A DNA stretch of 64,000 nt, taken from positions 640,001 to 704,000 of the forward strand of contig CAXXQS010000001.1 in the NCBI GenBank assembly GCA_963674735.2, given 5' to 3'. Numbering within the stretch: position 1 is the first letter of the stretch; each line of letters opens with the position of its first letter. The notes under the pieces are model-generated. The model did no database searches. It saw only the letters and a list, made by a program, of their open reading frames with translations, and was not told the origin of the DNA. This document shows, piece by piece, positions 26,969 to 36,313 of the stretch. This DNA is from Myxococcota bacterium. GTDB lineage: Bacteria; Myxococcota_A; SURF-8. Made by a program: the position numbers and the translations under genes.

Positions 26969-27762
26969 CATGCCCGCTGAAACGGTAGAGCCACCAGAAA
27001 CAACAAGGCTTCCACAAGAATAATGGTCGCCCCACTGGGGACATCCAGGAGGAACGATGCCATCAATCCGGTGATCGTCGATAGAACCCCGATCAAAATG
27101 GATAGGACGGTCATGCCGAAGAAGGTGCGCGCCAACAGGCGAGCTGTGGCGGCGGGAATGACCAGAAAGGCGGCGATCAGGACGATTCCGAGTACCTTGA
27201 CGGCCGTCACGACGACGACCGCGATCAGGATGGACAAGATATAGTCGTCACGGCGGGTAGTGAGATGATCGGCTTCGGCCAGTTCGTTATCGAAGGTGGA
27301 ATAGGCCCAGCGGCTCCACAAAGGCAATGTTGCGGCGACGATGAGCATCACGATGGCGGCGGCGGCCAGGTCGGTGGAGGTGACGGCTAGGATGGACCCG
27401 AAGAGATACGAAAAAGCCTCGGTAGTGTAATCCTGTTTCAGCGACAGAAAGATGATCCCCATCGCCATGGCGACGGCGAAGAAAATGCCGACGGCCGTGT
27501 CGCCGCCGAGTTGGGTGTGTTGACGGATCCAGGTGATGCCGATGGCGGCCAATACGGTGAAGGGCAGGGCGATTGCGAGAGGTTCGACGCCCAGTAAAAG
27601 ACCGAGTGCGACTCCTCCGAAAGCCGAGTGAGCCAGGCCCGCTCCCAGAAAAGCCAGTCGTCGCTGGACGATGAAAACGCCGAGGTAACTGGCCATCAGA
27701 CCCGCCAGCAGTCCTGCAAGAAGCGCACGTTGCATGAAAGGTAGTGAGAAAGCCTCAATCAT
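26968..27762 (-). CDS. znuB: Zn/Mn ABC transporter permease
   Basis: FMQRALLAG, LAHSAFGG, YLFGSILA, GIVLIAAFLVIPAATA (ABC-3 family). Confidence 0.92.
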   Translation of the reverse strand: MIEAFSLPFMQRALLAGLLAGLMASYLGVFIVQRRLAFLGAGLAHSAFGGVALGLLLGVEPLAIALPFTVLAAIGITWIRQHTQLGGDTAVGIFFAVAMAMGIIFLSLKQDYTTEAFSYLFGSILAVTSTDLAAAAIVMLIVAATLPLWSRWAYSTFDNELAEADHLTTRRDDYILSILIAVVVVTAVKVLGIVLIAAFLVIPAATARLLARTFFGMTVLSILIGVLSTITGLMASFLLDVPSGATIILVEALLFLVALPFQRA

Positions 27763-28507
27763 GCTTGACTCCGATAAACATGGCGTGATCGTGACCGACG
27801 TGGCCGAAGGCGCGCCGCATGCTGTCGTCAGTGAGGGCTTCCGTCGGACTCCCGAAACTCAGTTGACGGCGGTTGAGAACCAGGACGTGGGTGCACAGGT
27901 GACAGACGGCATTGAGGTCGTGGGTGATCATGACGACCGTGGCGTTTTTTTCGCGCTGATAGTGCCCGAGCAGGTCGTACATGTCGGATTCGCCCGCGAT
28001 ATCGACGCCGGTAGCCGGTTCATCCAGCATCACCATACGTGGTTCGGCGATCAGGCCGCGTGCCAGATACACTTTCTGCAGCTCGCCGCCGGAGAGACGG
28101 CTGACGGTGCGATCGGCCAGATAGTCCGCGCCGATTGACTTCAAGGCCGAAATGGCACGGCTTTTAACCGAAGCCGACAAACGACCCGGCCAGCGTTTTA
28201 AAAGCCCCGTTGCGACCAACTCACATGCCAGTGCGGGAAAGCGGCGGTCGAGGGTTTTGATTTGCGGAACGTAGCCCACCACACCGGAAGGAACGTTTTT
28301 CGGCGTATTTCCGAATACTTCGATGCGTCCTTTTGCATGGGGGATCAGACCCAACGCCGTGCGTAGGAGCGTGGATTTACCGGCTCCGTTTGGACCGACG
28401 ACCGATAAGAATGCGCCTTCCGGAAGCGCTAAATTGACCTCTTCCAGGGCAATCTGGCCATTGTACTGTACCGATAATCCGGCTATTTCAAGGGCATGGG
28501 TGCTCAT
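27755..28507 (-). CDS. znuC: Zn/Mn ABC transporter ATP-binding protein
   Basis: Walker A GPNGAGKST, GYVPQ, LSGGE, LDEP, THD. Confidence 0.93.
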   Translation of the reverse strand: MSTHALEIAGLSVQYNGQIALEEVNLALPEGAFLSVVGPNGAGKSTLLRTALGLIPHAKGRIEVFGNTPKNVPSGVVGYVPQIKTLDRRFPALACELVATGLLKRWPGRLSASVKSRAISALKSIGADYLADRTVSRLSGGELQKVYLARGLIAEPRMVMLDEPATGVDIAGESDMYDLLGHYQREKNATVVMITHDLNAVCHLCTHVLVLNRRQLSFGSPTEALTDDSMRRAFGHVGHDHAMFIGVKHD

Positions 28508-29412
28508 TGAAAATTTGTCCGAAGGGTTTTCGCTATGGCTTCGATGATGTCACGGTAGCGCATGGGAGGCTGTCCGATTGGATCGATCACGTGCACTTTG
28601 GCGTGGATCGACTCGGCCACGACATCGGCGGGCCGTTGCGGCAGTTGGGGCATCGTATAAATCATACGGATCTTTTGTTTGAGACCGAGCTTGATCGTTC
28701 GGGCCAGATCGCGCGGCGAAGGTTCCTTGCCGGGGACGGTAACGATGGTTCCCGCATGCCGGAGCTTGTAACGGTGGATGAAATACGTCAGGAACGGATA
28801 GGCCAACAAAAACGGCGTGCTTTTCACCGGTTTCAATGTCGCCGCGGTTTCGAGATCCAACTTATCGAGATCTTTTGCGAACTGCTTGCCGCGTGTTTGG
28901 TAATGGCTGCAGCCTTCGGCATCGATGCTGCACAGCGTAGTGACGATACCCGGAATCGTCGCTTTTACCGCTTGTGGATCGGTCCAGAAGTGTGGGTCGA
29001 CTCCTTCCTCATGATCGGAGCCTGTTTCGTGGCTGGAATTATGTAAGGTATTGTTATTCTTGGTTTCTTCATGTGAATGACGCCCATGCAGGATGTATGA
29101 TTCGGGGAGAAAATCAATGACGGCAACCTTTCGGGGAGCCGGAAGCCGGGCTGCGAAACCGTCAAGGCCGGGAGAGATATAAAAAAGCACCGCCGCCGAT
29201 TCGACTGTTCGAACATCGGATGGACGCGGTTCGAAGGTATGTGGAGAGGCACCGGCCGGGAGCAGTCTGACAACCTTCGTGCGTGGGGCGGCGATTTCGT
29301 CTAAAACGGCCGCCAGAGGGTGGATGGTGGCGATGATGGTCGGTTGTGCCTGGGCTACGGACGCCATCGCGGAAAGAAGCGTCAAAACAAGGATAACACG
29401 TAATGTCTGCAT
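28504..29412 (-). CDS. znuA: Zn/Mn ABC transporter substrate-binding protein with His-rich loop
   Basis: Signal peptide; ASPHTFEP, His-rich loop, DPHFWTDP, EPSP. Confidence 0.9.
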   Translation of the reverse strand: MQTLRVILVLTLLSAMASVAQAQPTIIATIHPLAAVLDEIAAPRTKVVRLLPAGASPHTFEPRPSDVRTVESAAVLFYISPGLDGFAARLPAPRKVAVIDFLPESYILHGRHSHEETKNNNTLHNSSHETGSDHEEGVDPHFWTDPQAVKATIPGIVTTLCSIDAEGCSHYQTRGKQFAKDLDKLDLETAATLKPVKSTPFLLAYPFLTYFIHRYKLRHAGTIVTVPGKEPSPRDLARTIKLGLKQKIRMIYTMPQLPQRPADVVAESIHAKVHVIDPIGQPPMRYRDIIEAIAKTLRTNFQ

Positions 29413-29451
29413 GGTATGACTGAGGTCCTGCTTTCGGTTTCAAGGCGTGTG

Positions 29452-29480
29452 ACCTTAGCATCGTATCATGTGTCTGTCAA
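29452..29480 (-). promoter_or_regulatory. Sigma70-type promoter for znuACB
   Basis: On the - strand, TTGACA-17 nt-TAAGGT with an extended TG. Confidence 0.6.
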
Positions 29481-29533
29481 GGTGCGTGAAACCTGAATTC
29501 ATTGTTAAAACAGCTAGATGGAGTACGTTAAGT

Positions 29534-30937
29534 TTATTCTCCACGGATGCGTCGGCTAAAAGACTCGAATCCGGCGCGGCCCATGAGTCCATAGGCGAAC
29601 TGCTTACCCAGTTCAACTCCCGGTTGGTCGAAAGGATTGACGCCGTAGAGGTAACCGGCGAAGACCGTCATCGCTTCCGCCCAGAATACGAGTTGTCCCA
29701 ACGTGTCGGCGTCGAGTTTCGGCAGCGTCACTTGGTAAGTCATCCGTTTCTGCTCGTTCAACGCGAAACGCGAGGCGGTTTGCTCGGCCAGCAACAGTTC
29801 CTGCATGGAATGACCGGCGAAATATTGCAGGGCTTCCGGGATCCGTGATTTCGGTGGAAAAGCGAGTGGTTTTCCGAAGGATTCGTTGCGGATGAACATG
29901 AAAACCTTGTCGTCGGGGCCCTCCATGTAAAGCTGCATCTGGGAATGCTGGTCGATTGCGCCGAGTGTTTTAATCGGCGTGGTGCCCGTATGCACCTCTC
30001 CGCCCGATTCATCGACGGCTTTCCCGAGGCTTTCGGCCCAAAGCTGGCAGAACCACTCGGTCCAGGCCTTCAACCCATCCGCATAGGGAAAGGCCACGAC
30101 CATGTTACGACCCAACTGCTGGTCGGCGATGATATGCAGGAGAGCACCGGCCAAAGCCGGGTTGTCGGCTATGGAATCGGACAAGCAACGCTGGGCCATA
30201 TGCTCCGCTCCGGCCAGTAACTTTGAAGCATCGACTCCGAGAGCCAGGGCTGGCAGCAAACCCACCGGACTGAGGACGGAAAAACGTCCGCCCACATCGG
30301 ATGGCACGTCCAGAGTTTGGATGCCGTCGGTGGCGGCGAGTTTGTTGAGGATGCCTTTTTCCGGGTCGGTGGTGAACAACAGGTGTTGCGCCCAGGTATC
30401 GGGGAAACGGCGTTTGAGGATGTCGCGTACAAGAATGAACTGGGAGGCGGTCTCAGCGGTGGAACCGGATTTGGACACGACATTGAAGACCGTGCGCTTA
30501 AGGTCAAGGTGGCTCATCAGGGCATTGAAGTGCGCCGGATCGTTGTTTTCGAGTAGATAAAGGCGCATGCCTTTGCGCTTGGAATCGGGAAGCTCATTGT
30601 GGTAGGGGTGCGCAAGAGCGTCTTTCAGCATTCGTGCTCCCAAGGCGGAGCCGCCGATGCCGATAATCACCAGGTTGTCGAAGCGCGAGCGCAGGTTTTT
30701 AGCTGCTTGGCGAACAGGAGCGAGAGTGGCTTTGTCGCCGTATACGGCTGGCAATTTCCAAAACCCCAGCTCGCCGTTAGCGACTTCACGTCGTACACGC
30801 TCAAGGCTGAGGCGAAGGCGTTTTTTATAAGTATTTTGGAGGGCTTTCGTGATTCCTCCACGACCGAAGCCGGAAGAAAAATCGAAAGCGATATCGGGGG
30901 CTGGTTTTCGGGCGAAAGATTTCGCTGATTTCGACAT
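29534..30937 (-). CDS. pgi: Glucose-6-phosphate isomerase
   Basis: IGIGGSALG, VSKSGSTAET, VGGRFSVLSPVGL, QLWAESLGK, DQHSQMQLY, NPFDQPGVELGK; RBS GGAGG favours the ATG at 30937. Confidence 0.97.
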   Translation of the reverse strand: MSKSAKSFARKPAPDIAFDFSSGFGRGGITKALQNTYKKRLRLSLERVRREVANGELGFWKLPAVYGDKATLAPVRQAAKNLRSRFDNLVIIGIGGSALGARMLKDALAHPYHNELPDSKRKGMRLYLLENNDPAHFNALMSHLDLKRTVFNVVSKSGSTAETASQFILVRDILKRRFPDTWAQHLLFTTDPEKGILNKLAATDGIQTLDVPSDVGGRFSVLSPVGLLPALALGVDASKLLAGAEHMAQRCLSDSIADNPALAGALLHIIADQQLGRNMVVAFPYADGLKAWTEWFCQLWAESLGKAVDESGGEVHTGTTPIKTLGAIDQHSQMQLYMEGPDDKVFMFIRNESFGKPLAFPPKSRIPEALQYFAGHSMQELLLAEQTASRFALNEQKRMTYQVTLPKLDADTLGQLVFWAEAMTVFAGYLYGVNPFDQPGVELGKQFAYGLMGRAGFESFSRRIRGE

Positions 30938-30975
30938 GTGCATCCTCCCATGGGCAATCTGCTATGATCGCGTGT

Positions 30976-31004
30976 AGCTTACACCACACAGGATAGATAG
31001 ACAA
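30976..31004 (-). promoter_or_regulatory. Candidate sigma70 promoter for pgi
   Basis: On the - strand, TTGTCT-17 nt-TAAGCT. Confidence 0.4.
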
Positions 31005-31084
31005 GCTTCCACCTTCCCATAAAAAGCATAGGATTTGAGATGGTTGCTTGTAGGCCGACAATTCGATTCGGAAGATTCGTTGTT

Positions 31085-33508
31085 TCAGTCCAGCGGCGTG
31101 GCGGATATCGCCGACATCAGGTGGTTGAGGCTAAGCATATTCGTCCCGTTGAAGTTCATCAAATCATCGAAATCAAGATCGTTCAGCTTGATGGCCTGCA
31201 ACATGCTGTGATAGGGCGTTTGGGCCGACAACATCAGAGCCACGGGGGATGGAATGCGAAGCGTTTGCGAGATGACACCATTGCCGAAATAGATTGACCA
31301 CGTGTGGGTGAGTTCGCTACCCGGATCTCTCCAGACGATCAACAGGCGTCGGAAGTCGGCTTCAGGTTGAGCGGGCAGGGACAGGGAAAGGGTTCCCCAG
31401 CCGCCGTCAAGAACGATGTCGGCGTCGGACCGACTCGGAGCGTCGAGGAAGGCAGGCATGTCGACGCTTTGAGGTGGATTTCCCGAACGATGCAACAGCA
31501 TGGAATGGCTGAAAAAGGGTGTCGCGGCGTGAAGGGTGCCGGACATATGATCGCCGATATCGAAGGCGACGGCAACGGTTAAGTAGGGCGAGAGGTAAAC
31601 TCCGCTATGTTGTGGGGCATAGTTGATATCCAGAACATTATTGTCGTCATCGCCGAATCGGCAGTCGGACGGTTCATCATTTTCGTATAAAGTATCAAGC
31701 CCAGCCGCAAGACCCAAGGGGGAGAAACCCGTGTGAGGTTCGTCGACACCCAGCATCACAATCAAGCCTTCAGCACAAGTTCGGATATCGGTGTTCAATG
31801 CGGGAAGAGAGGCGAAATGCAAGCCGGCGGTCCTCGTCAAGGTTTCGGTGCCTTTCAAACTGAGTTCGATATCGGGTAGGTCGTTGTATGGCGGAACGAA
31901 ATCATTCCTGCTTCCATTCATATTGAGATCTTCCGTGTCTTCCTGCATGAGTTGGGCAGTGAGATCAAGCCCTGTTTTGAATCCATGAACATAGCCATCG
32001 GCCTGTTTGAAGATGTGAATCAGAGTGGATGGCATGGTCGGGGCATCGGCATAAAGCTCGGATACGGCTTCGATAAAGTGAGTGAGCTCCCCATAACCGA
32101 GAAAGCCCCAGAGGGTTTGGCGACCCGGCGCGCCGATCGCGCGGTAAGGACCAAGTATTGGATTGCCGGATAAGAAAACTTCCAATCCGGCCGGGGAAGG
32201 GACTTCTTCCTCAATGGTGCTGCCTAGAGCAAAGTGAGTGCGTAATCCATCACCGACGAGATCTTTTGGATGCCAGTCAGCCCAAGAACCTTTATAAGAA
32301 AGTCCGGCCAGGGCCACCCGCACGTCGGTTCCTTGTAGCCAGGCTTCGGGGATAAGACTGTCATCCATACGACCTGTCACGCCTCCGACGCTGTCGTAGC
32401 GGGCCAGTGGAGGTAATGGAACCAGCCAGTCGTTACCTGTCAGGCCGAGAAGTGTAACGATTCCATGCTCGGAACTCTCGATTTGGAGATCGCAACCCGA
32501 AGAACAATTGATGCTGTCCAGACGATGTGCTCTATCGGTACCCAGGGGCATGGGGATACCGTTGACTTGGATTTCGGCGGTGGTGATAAGCTCGGATGTT
32601 TGATCGTCGATTGCCAGTACGCGCAAGTTTGCAGGAGATACGGTCGTGTAATTGGTAACGGGTACGGTATCGAAAACGCGGGAGCATTGCCGGAGTTCCG
32701 CGCGTATCTGGGTCACCCCGGCGTTGCTTCCACCGGTTATCAAACCGCGGTTGCTGACGACTTGTGCGACGCTGAAATCATCGCTTGACCAGTACAGGGA
32801 GTCGGGGGCCAGATAGGAGATGCGTTGGCCGTCTCGATCGGTGAGAACGGCTTGGAGTTGCTGGCTGATACCACTGCGGATAATCATCAACGGCTCGACG
32901 ATGGAAAGCGTGTAGCCGTTGCAAGGATCGGGGGGATAATCGCATGTTTCGCCGATGCAAACCGCTTCGCCCGGGCAATCTTGGTCGTTTATGCAACGCG
33001 GTGCGATGCAGTGGCAGCCATCGCATTGGTAGGGGGCTGGACAATCGGTATTCCGCACGCAGCCGCACATGCGACACAAGTAAAGCGTTGGGTCGCAGGG
33101 ACAGTCATCCGGACATTCGCTGCTGTCTCGACAAGGAGCATCGCAGGCCAAGCCATCGATCGGTTCATTAGCATCCATGTCGCCGTCAATGTCACCGTCC
33201 ATCGGTTCGTTGTCGCCGTTATAAATGCACAAATTCCGTGTAAAATCACAATGATAACCAATCAAGCAGTCATCGTGGGAGGTGCAGGTGGGTTCCTCGG
33301 GGTCGAGGCATTGCCCCTCGACGCAGATTTTGTTGTTGTCGCAATCGGAATTGTCGGAGCATTGGGTTTTGTCGCCATCACCGGAATCGCCGGTTTCAAA
33401 CTTGAGAGTCGTGTTGCCGTCTGAGCATGCCGAGAAGATGAACAGCAAGGAAAGCAGGCTGAAAAGACGAACTCGTTTCAAAGTCGATCCGAGAACAAAA
33501 GACGACAT
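31085..33508 (-). CDS. Cys-rich / Ig-like lipoprotein, paralog C of a tandem trio
   Basis: RBS AAGGAGG before ATG 33508; lipobox FSAC; Dickkopf-like Cys modules; Big_2-like WSSDDFSVA; C-terminal ~450 aa shared with both neighbours. Confidence 0.82.
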   Translation of the reverse strand: MSSFVLGSTLKRVRLFSLLSLLFIFSACSDGNTTLKFETGDSGDGDKTQCSDNSDCDNNKICVEGQCLDPEEPTCTSHDDCLIGYHCDFTRNLCIYNGDNEPMDGDIDGDMDANEPIDGLACDAPCRDSSECPDDCPCDPTLYLCRMCGCVRNTDCPAPYQCDGCHCIAPRCINDQDCPGEAVCIGETCDYPPDPCNGYTLSIVEPLMIIRSGISQQLQAVLTDRDGQRISYLAPDSLYWSSDDFSVAQVVSNRGLITGGSNAGVTQIRAELRQCSRVFDTVPVTNYTTVSPANLRVLAIDDQTSELITTAEIQVNGIPMPLGTDRAHRLDSINCSSGCDLQIESSEHGIVTLLGLTGNDWLVPLPPLARYDSVGGVTGRMDDSLIPEAWLQGTDVRVALAGLSYKGSWADWHPKDLVGDGLRTHFALGSTIEEEVPSPAGLEVFLSGNPILGPYRAIGAPGRQTLWGFLGYGELTHFIEAVSELYADAPTMPSTLIHIFKQADGYVHGFKTGLDLTAQLMQEDTEDLNMNGSRNDFVPPYNDLPDIELSLKGTETLTRTAGLHFASLPALNTDIRTCAEGLIVMLGVDEPHTGFSPLGLAAGLDTLYENDEPSDCRFGDDDNNVLDINYAPQHSGVYLSPYLTVAVAFDIGDHMSGTLHAATPFFSHSMLLHRSGNPPQSVDMPAFLDAPSRSDADIVLDGGWGTLSLSLPAQPEADFRRLLIVWRDPGSELTHTWSIYFGNGVISQTLRIPSPVALMLSAQTPYHSMLQAIKLNDLDFDDLMNFNGTNMLSLNHLMSAISATPLD

Positions 33509-33610
33509 GACGACCTCCTTCAGACCTGGAAATTCCGGCACGGAAACACGGCCCGATAACGCGGGGAGTGTTCTCAACAATCGAGATGTGGCGATTCGGT
33601 AAGATGTCTT

Positions 33611-33639
33611 ATTTTAATGAACGTCGCTTAAGCTGTCAA
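33611..33639 (-). promoter_or_regulatory. Sigma70-type promoter for paralog C
   Basis: On the - strand, TTGACA-17 nt-TAAAAT. Confidence 0.7.
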
Positions 33640-33707
33640 CAAATAACTACGCATACGATGCGTGAAAGGGACAGGTGAGTCAATCGCTGAAAATACGGAT
33701 TTTACAC

Positions 33708-33738
33708 AAAAAAACACCCCCCGCCGAAGCGGGGGGTG
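33708..33738 (-). terminator. Strong Rho-independent terminator after paralog B
   Basis: Perfect 10-bp GC stem caccccccgc/gcggggggtg, UUCG loop and U7 tract on the - strand. Confidence 0.92.
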
Positions 33739-33770
33739 CGAGGTGTCAGAAGCCTAAACCGATAGTCGGC

Positions 33771-36065
33771 TTAGTCGTCAACGGCATGCATGGAGAACGC
33801 GCTGGTGTAGTCGTTCATCATGGTGGTGTTGATACCGTTGAACTCGAACAGGTCGTCGTAGCTCACGCCGTCCAGTTTGATACCCTGGACCAAGGAGGCG
33901 GACGAAATGTTCACGCCGCGGTTGTCGGTGACTTCCGCCGGTTGATCGAAGTCGAAGCCGCCCTCGTCGTTCGGCCAATAGATGTGCCAGAACTTGACTT
34001 TGGTGGCGTCGTCCGTGTCGTTGCGGATCACGATGCGATGGAAGCTGACATCATCACTGAGCGCGGTGGCGGTGACGGCCAGGTTTTTGGTGGCTGCGGT
34101 GTAAGTATAGTCCGCGTCGCTCATGAAGTCGACGAAGGCCGGCATGGTGACGGATTCAGGCGAGGAGCTGCTCTTCGCCAGGACACCCGACAGGTCGATG
34201 GACATTTCTTCTTTAAGGCTGATGTCGCCAAGCAGACTGTCCAGGGACAGGGCGATACCGAGGAAGTAGTACTCGTAACCCGACAGACCGCTGTGCTGCG
34301 GCGCGAAGGGAACCATGATTTTGCCGTCGTTGTCTTCACCCACTTTGCAGTCGGCGGTGTCGGTACCGGTACGCTTGTCCAGACCCGCAGTGAGGCCCAG
34401 AGGCACGAAGCCGATGCCGCTCTGATTGGCACCCGCCAAGACGATGACGGAGTCGGCGCAGCTGTCGCCGTAATCAGGCAGATTGGCGAAGGTCAGCTCG
34501 GTGCGCTGAGTTTGCGACTGGTTCAGTTTCATGTCGCTGCCGATGTCGGTGAAGTTGGCATAGTCCGGAACCAGGTCGTCGGTGTTGCCGTCGCCGTTGA
34601 GGTCGTCGGCATCGGCGACTTTGGCGATGGCCTGCAGGTCGAAGCCCGGCACGATACCATGATAGAAGCTCTCGAACAGCGGCAGAATCGCGCCCAAGAT
34701 GGCGGCGACGTCGATTTCGTCACCCAGGTTCTGAGTCACGATCTGGATCAGGTCGGCCAGTTTGGCATAACCGCCGAGGCCCCACAGAGTGGCTTTGCCA
34801 GCGACGGCTTCAGCCGAGAAGCCTTCTTTGATCGGGTCGTCCATCAGGTAGCCTTCGAGGCCGCCCGGCAGGGGGATGTTGTCGTCGAGAACCGTACCGA
34901 TCTGCACGTGGGTTTCTTTCATCGTGCCGATCAGGGCTTCGAAGTTCAGGTCGGCCAGGTTGCCGGGGATCGAGAAGCTGGTGAAGCCGAGGCGTACGTC
35001 GTTGTTGCCGACGACCGCTTCGGGGATGGGGCTGGGATCCTGGGCGCCCAAGACGCCGGCGGCCACGGTGTTGTCGCCGTTCGCCGACAGCGGCACGATC
35101 ATGTCTTGCACGGTCAGGCCCATGGCCGACACGTAGGTGTAATCAGCATGGAAAACGTGCATGTCACAGCCACCCGAGCAATCGGTGCTGGCGAAGTTGG
35201 CTACACCGTCGACGGTGTCGACAGCGGTGCCGTCCAAGAACACTTTGGCGCCGGAGAGCAGCTCGCCGGTTTTGTCGTTGAACACCACGACGCGGGCATC
35301 ACCGGCGGTGACGGTCGGGAAGTTCTGGTAGGTGACGGTCGTGTTGACCGCGGTTTTGCAGGTCAGGGTGGCGGTGATGGTGGAGCTACCCGCGGTGTCG
35401 CCACCGGTCAGCACGCCATCGCTGGCGCCAACGGCCACGGCCGCCGGAAGGCTGGAGCCCCAGCTGAACAGAGAATCGCCCACCAACTCGAGCTTCGCGC
35501 CATTGGCGTTGAAGACGGTGGCGGACAGGGTGAGGGTTTCGCCCTGGCGAATCAAACCATTACCTTGGTTGATCTGGATGCTCGTGGCATTGTCGCAGCT
35601 CGGGGCTTGTTCGCAGCCACCGGCCAAGCAAACGAAACCGGTCGGGCAGTCGCCGTTTTCGGTGCAAACGATCGGGTAGCACAGGGCGTCGACCGGATCA
35701 CACTCGAAGTTGGCGCCGTAGGTGGCGCAATCGGCGGTGGTGTTGCATTCGGCTTCTTTGCAAAGGAACAGTTCGTCGTGGCAGGCAAAGCCGTCGCAGC
35801 AGTCTTCATTGGTCTTGCAGGGGGTGTCTTCTTCGCAGGGAACATCGCCATCGGAATCGTCGCCGTCGGAATCACCGTCGGGATCGTCGCCATCGGAATC
35901 GCCGTCGGGACCGTCGCCGTCGGGATCGTCGCCGTCGGGATCGTCGCCGTCGGGATTGTCACCGTCGGGATTGTCGCCGTCGGCAGAGCTGTCATCGCCG
36001 CCGCATCCGGCGAAGACGACCATCGCTAGCAGAACTAGCATAAAGAACAATACGCTTCTCTTCAT
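33771..36065 (-). CDS. DGD-repeat / Cys-rich / Ig-like lipoprotein, paralog B (likely highly expressed)
   Basis: RBS AAGGAGG; lipobox FAGC; ten DGD units; Cys modules; Big_2-like WGSSLPAAVAV; DLNGDGNTDD Ca-binding-type loop; codons overwhelmingly C/G-ending. Confidence 0.88.
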   Translation of the reverse strand: MKRSVLFFMLVLLAMVVFAGCGGDDSSADGDNPDGDNPDGDDPDGDDPDGDGPDGDSDGDDPDGDSDGDDSDGDVPCEEDTPCKTNEDCCDGFACHDELFLCKEAECNTTADCATYGANFECDPVDALCYPIVCTENGDCPTGFVCLAGGCEQAPSCDNATSIQINQGNGLIRQGETLTLSATVFNANGAKLELVGDSLFSWGSSLPAAVAVGASDGVLTGGDTAGSSTITATLTCKTAVNTTVTYQNFPTVTAGDARVVVFNDKTGELLSGAKVFLDGTAVDTVDGVANFASTDCSGGCDMHVFHADYTYVSAMGLTVQDMIVPLSANGDNTVAAGVLGAQDPSPIPEAVVGNNDVRLGFTSFSIPGNLADLNFEALIGTMKETHVQIGTVLDDNIPLPGGLEGYLMDDPIKEGFSAEAVAGKATLWGLGGYAKLADLIQIVTQNLGDEIDVAAILGAILPLFESFYHGIVPGFDLQAIAKVADADDLNGDGNTDDLVPDYANFTDIGSDMKLNQSQTQRTELTFANLPDYGDSCADSVIVLAGANQSGIGFVPLGLTAGLDKRTGTDTADCKVGEDNDGKIMVPFAPQHSGLSGYEYYFLGIALSLDSLLGDISLKEEMSIDLSGVLAKSSSSPESVTMPAFVDFMSDADYTYTAATKNLAVTATALSDDVSFHRIVIRNDTDDATKVKFWHIYWPNDEGGFDFDQPAEVTDNRGVNISSASLVQGIKLDGVSYDDLFEFNGINTTMMNDYTSAFSMHAVDD
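35844..35981 (-). repeat. 12-15-nt coding tandem repeat (DGDxP/DGDS, 10 units)
   Basis: Repeated tcgccgtcggga-type units on the + strand encode DGDNP DGDNP DGDDP DGDDP DGDGP DGDS DGDDP DGDS DGDDS DGD. Confidence 0.88.
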
Positions 36066-36193
36066 GGGAACTCCTCCTTAATTGATGTTGGTCCTCATCT
36101 TTGTTTGGTTATGGATCTTCCTTCCGAACCCAAACCCAACCTCTTTTCGGTTTCTGCGTCCCTATTTCCTATAATTCGCCTCTTAACTAAGGA

Positions 36194-36225
36194 ATTTGCA
36201 TACTGCAAATGGGCCGCAAAGTCAA
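36194..36225 (-). promoter_or_regulatory. Candidate promoter for paralog B with an overlapping palindromic operator
   Basis: On the - strand, TTGACT-17 nt-TATGCA; perfect inverted repeat ATTTGCA-tac-TGCAAAT (36194-36210) covers the -10 box. Confidence 0.5.
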
Positions 36226-36313
36226 GTCAATTAGTCCTTTCAAAGAACGCGAAGTGCTTAAATTACAAATAATTAGTCAAAATTAAGAGTTCCTAATAAA
36301 AATACTGAAGCGA

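Noticed and set aside
29425-29445. Zur/Fur box downstream of the znuA promoter
   Set aside because: Only a half-site-like TTGAAACC; no convincing palindrome.
24690-35981. Short tandem repeats as a possible CRISPR array
   Set aside because: They are in-frame coding repeats of 12-21 nt with no unique spacers, and there are no cas genes.
33675-36029. 784-aa ORF on the + strand
   Set aside because: Antisense shadow of the strongly codon-biased paralog B; no RBS or recognisable motifs, and it runs through the terminator.
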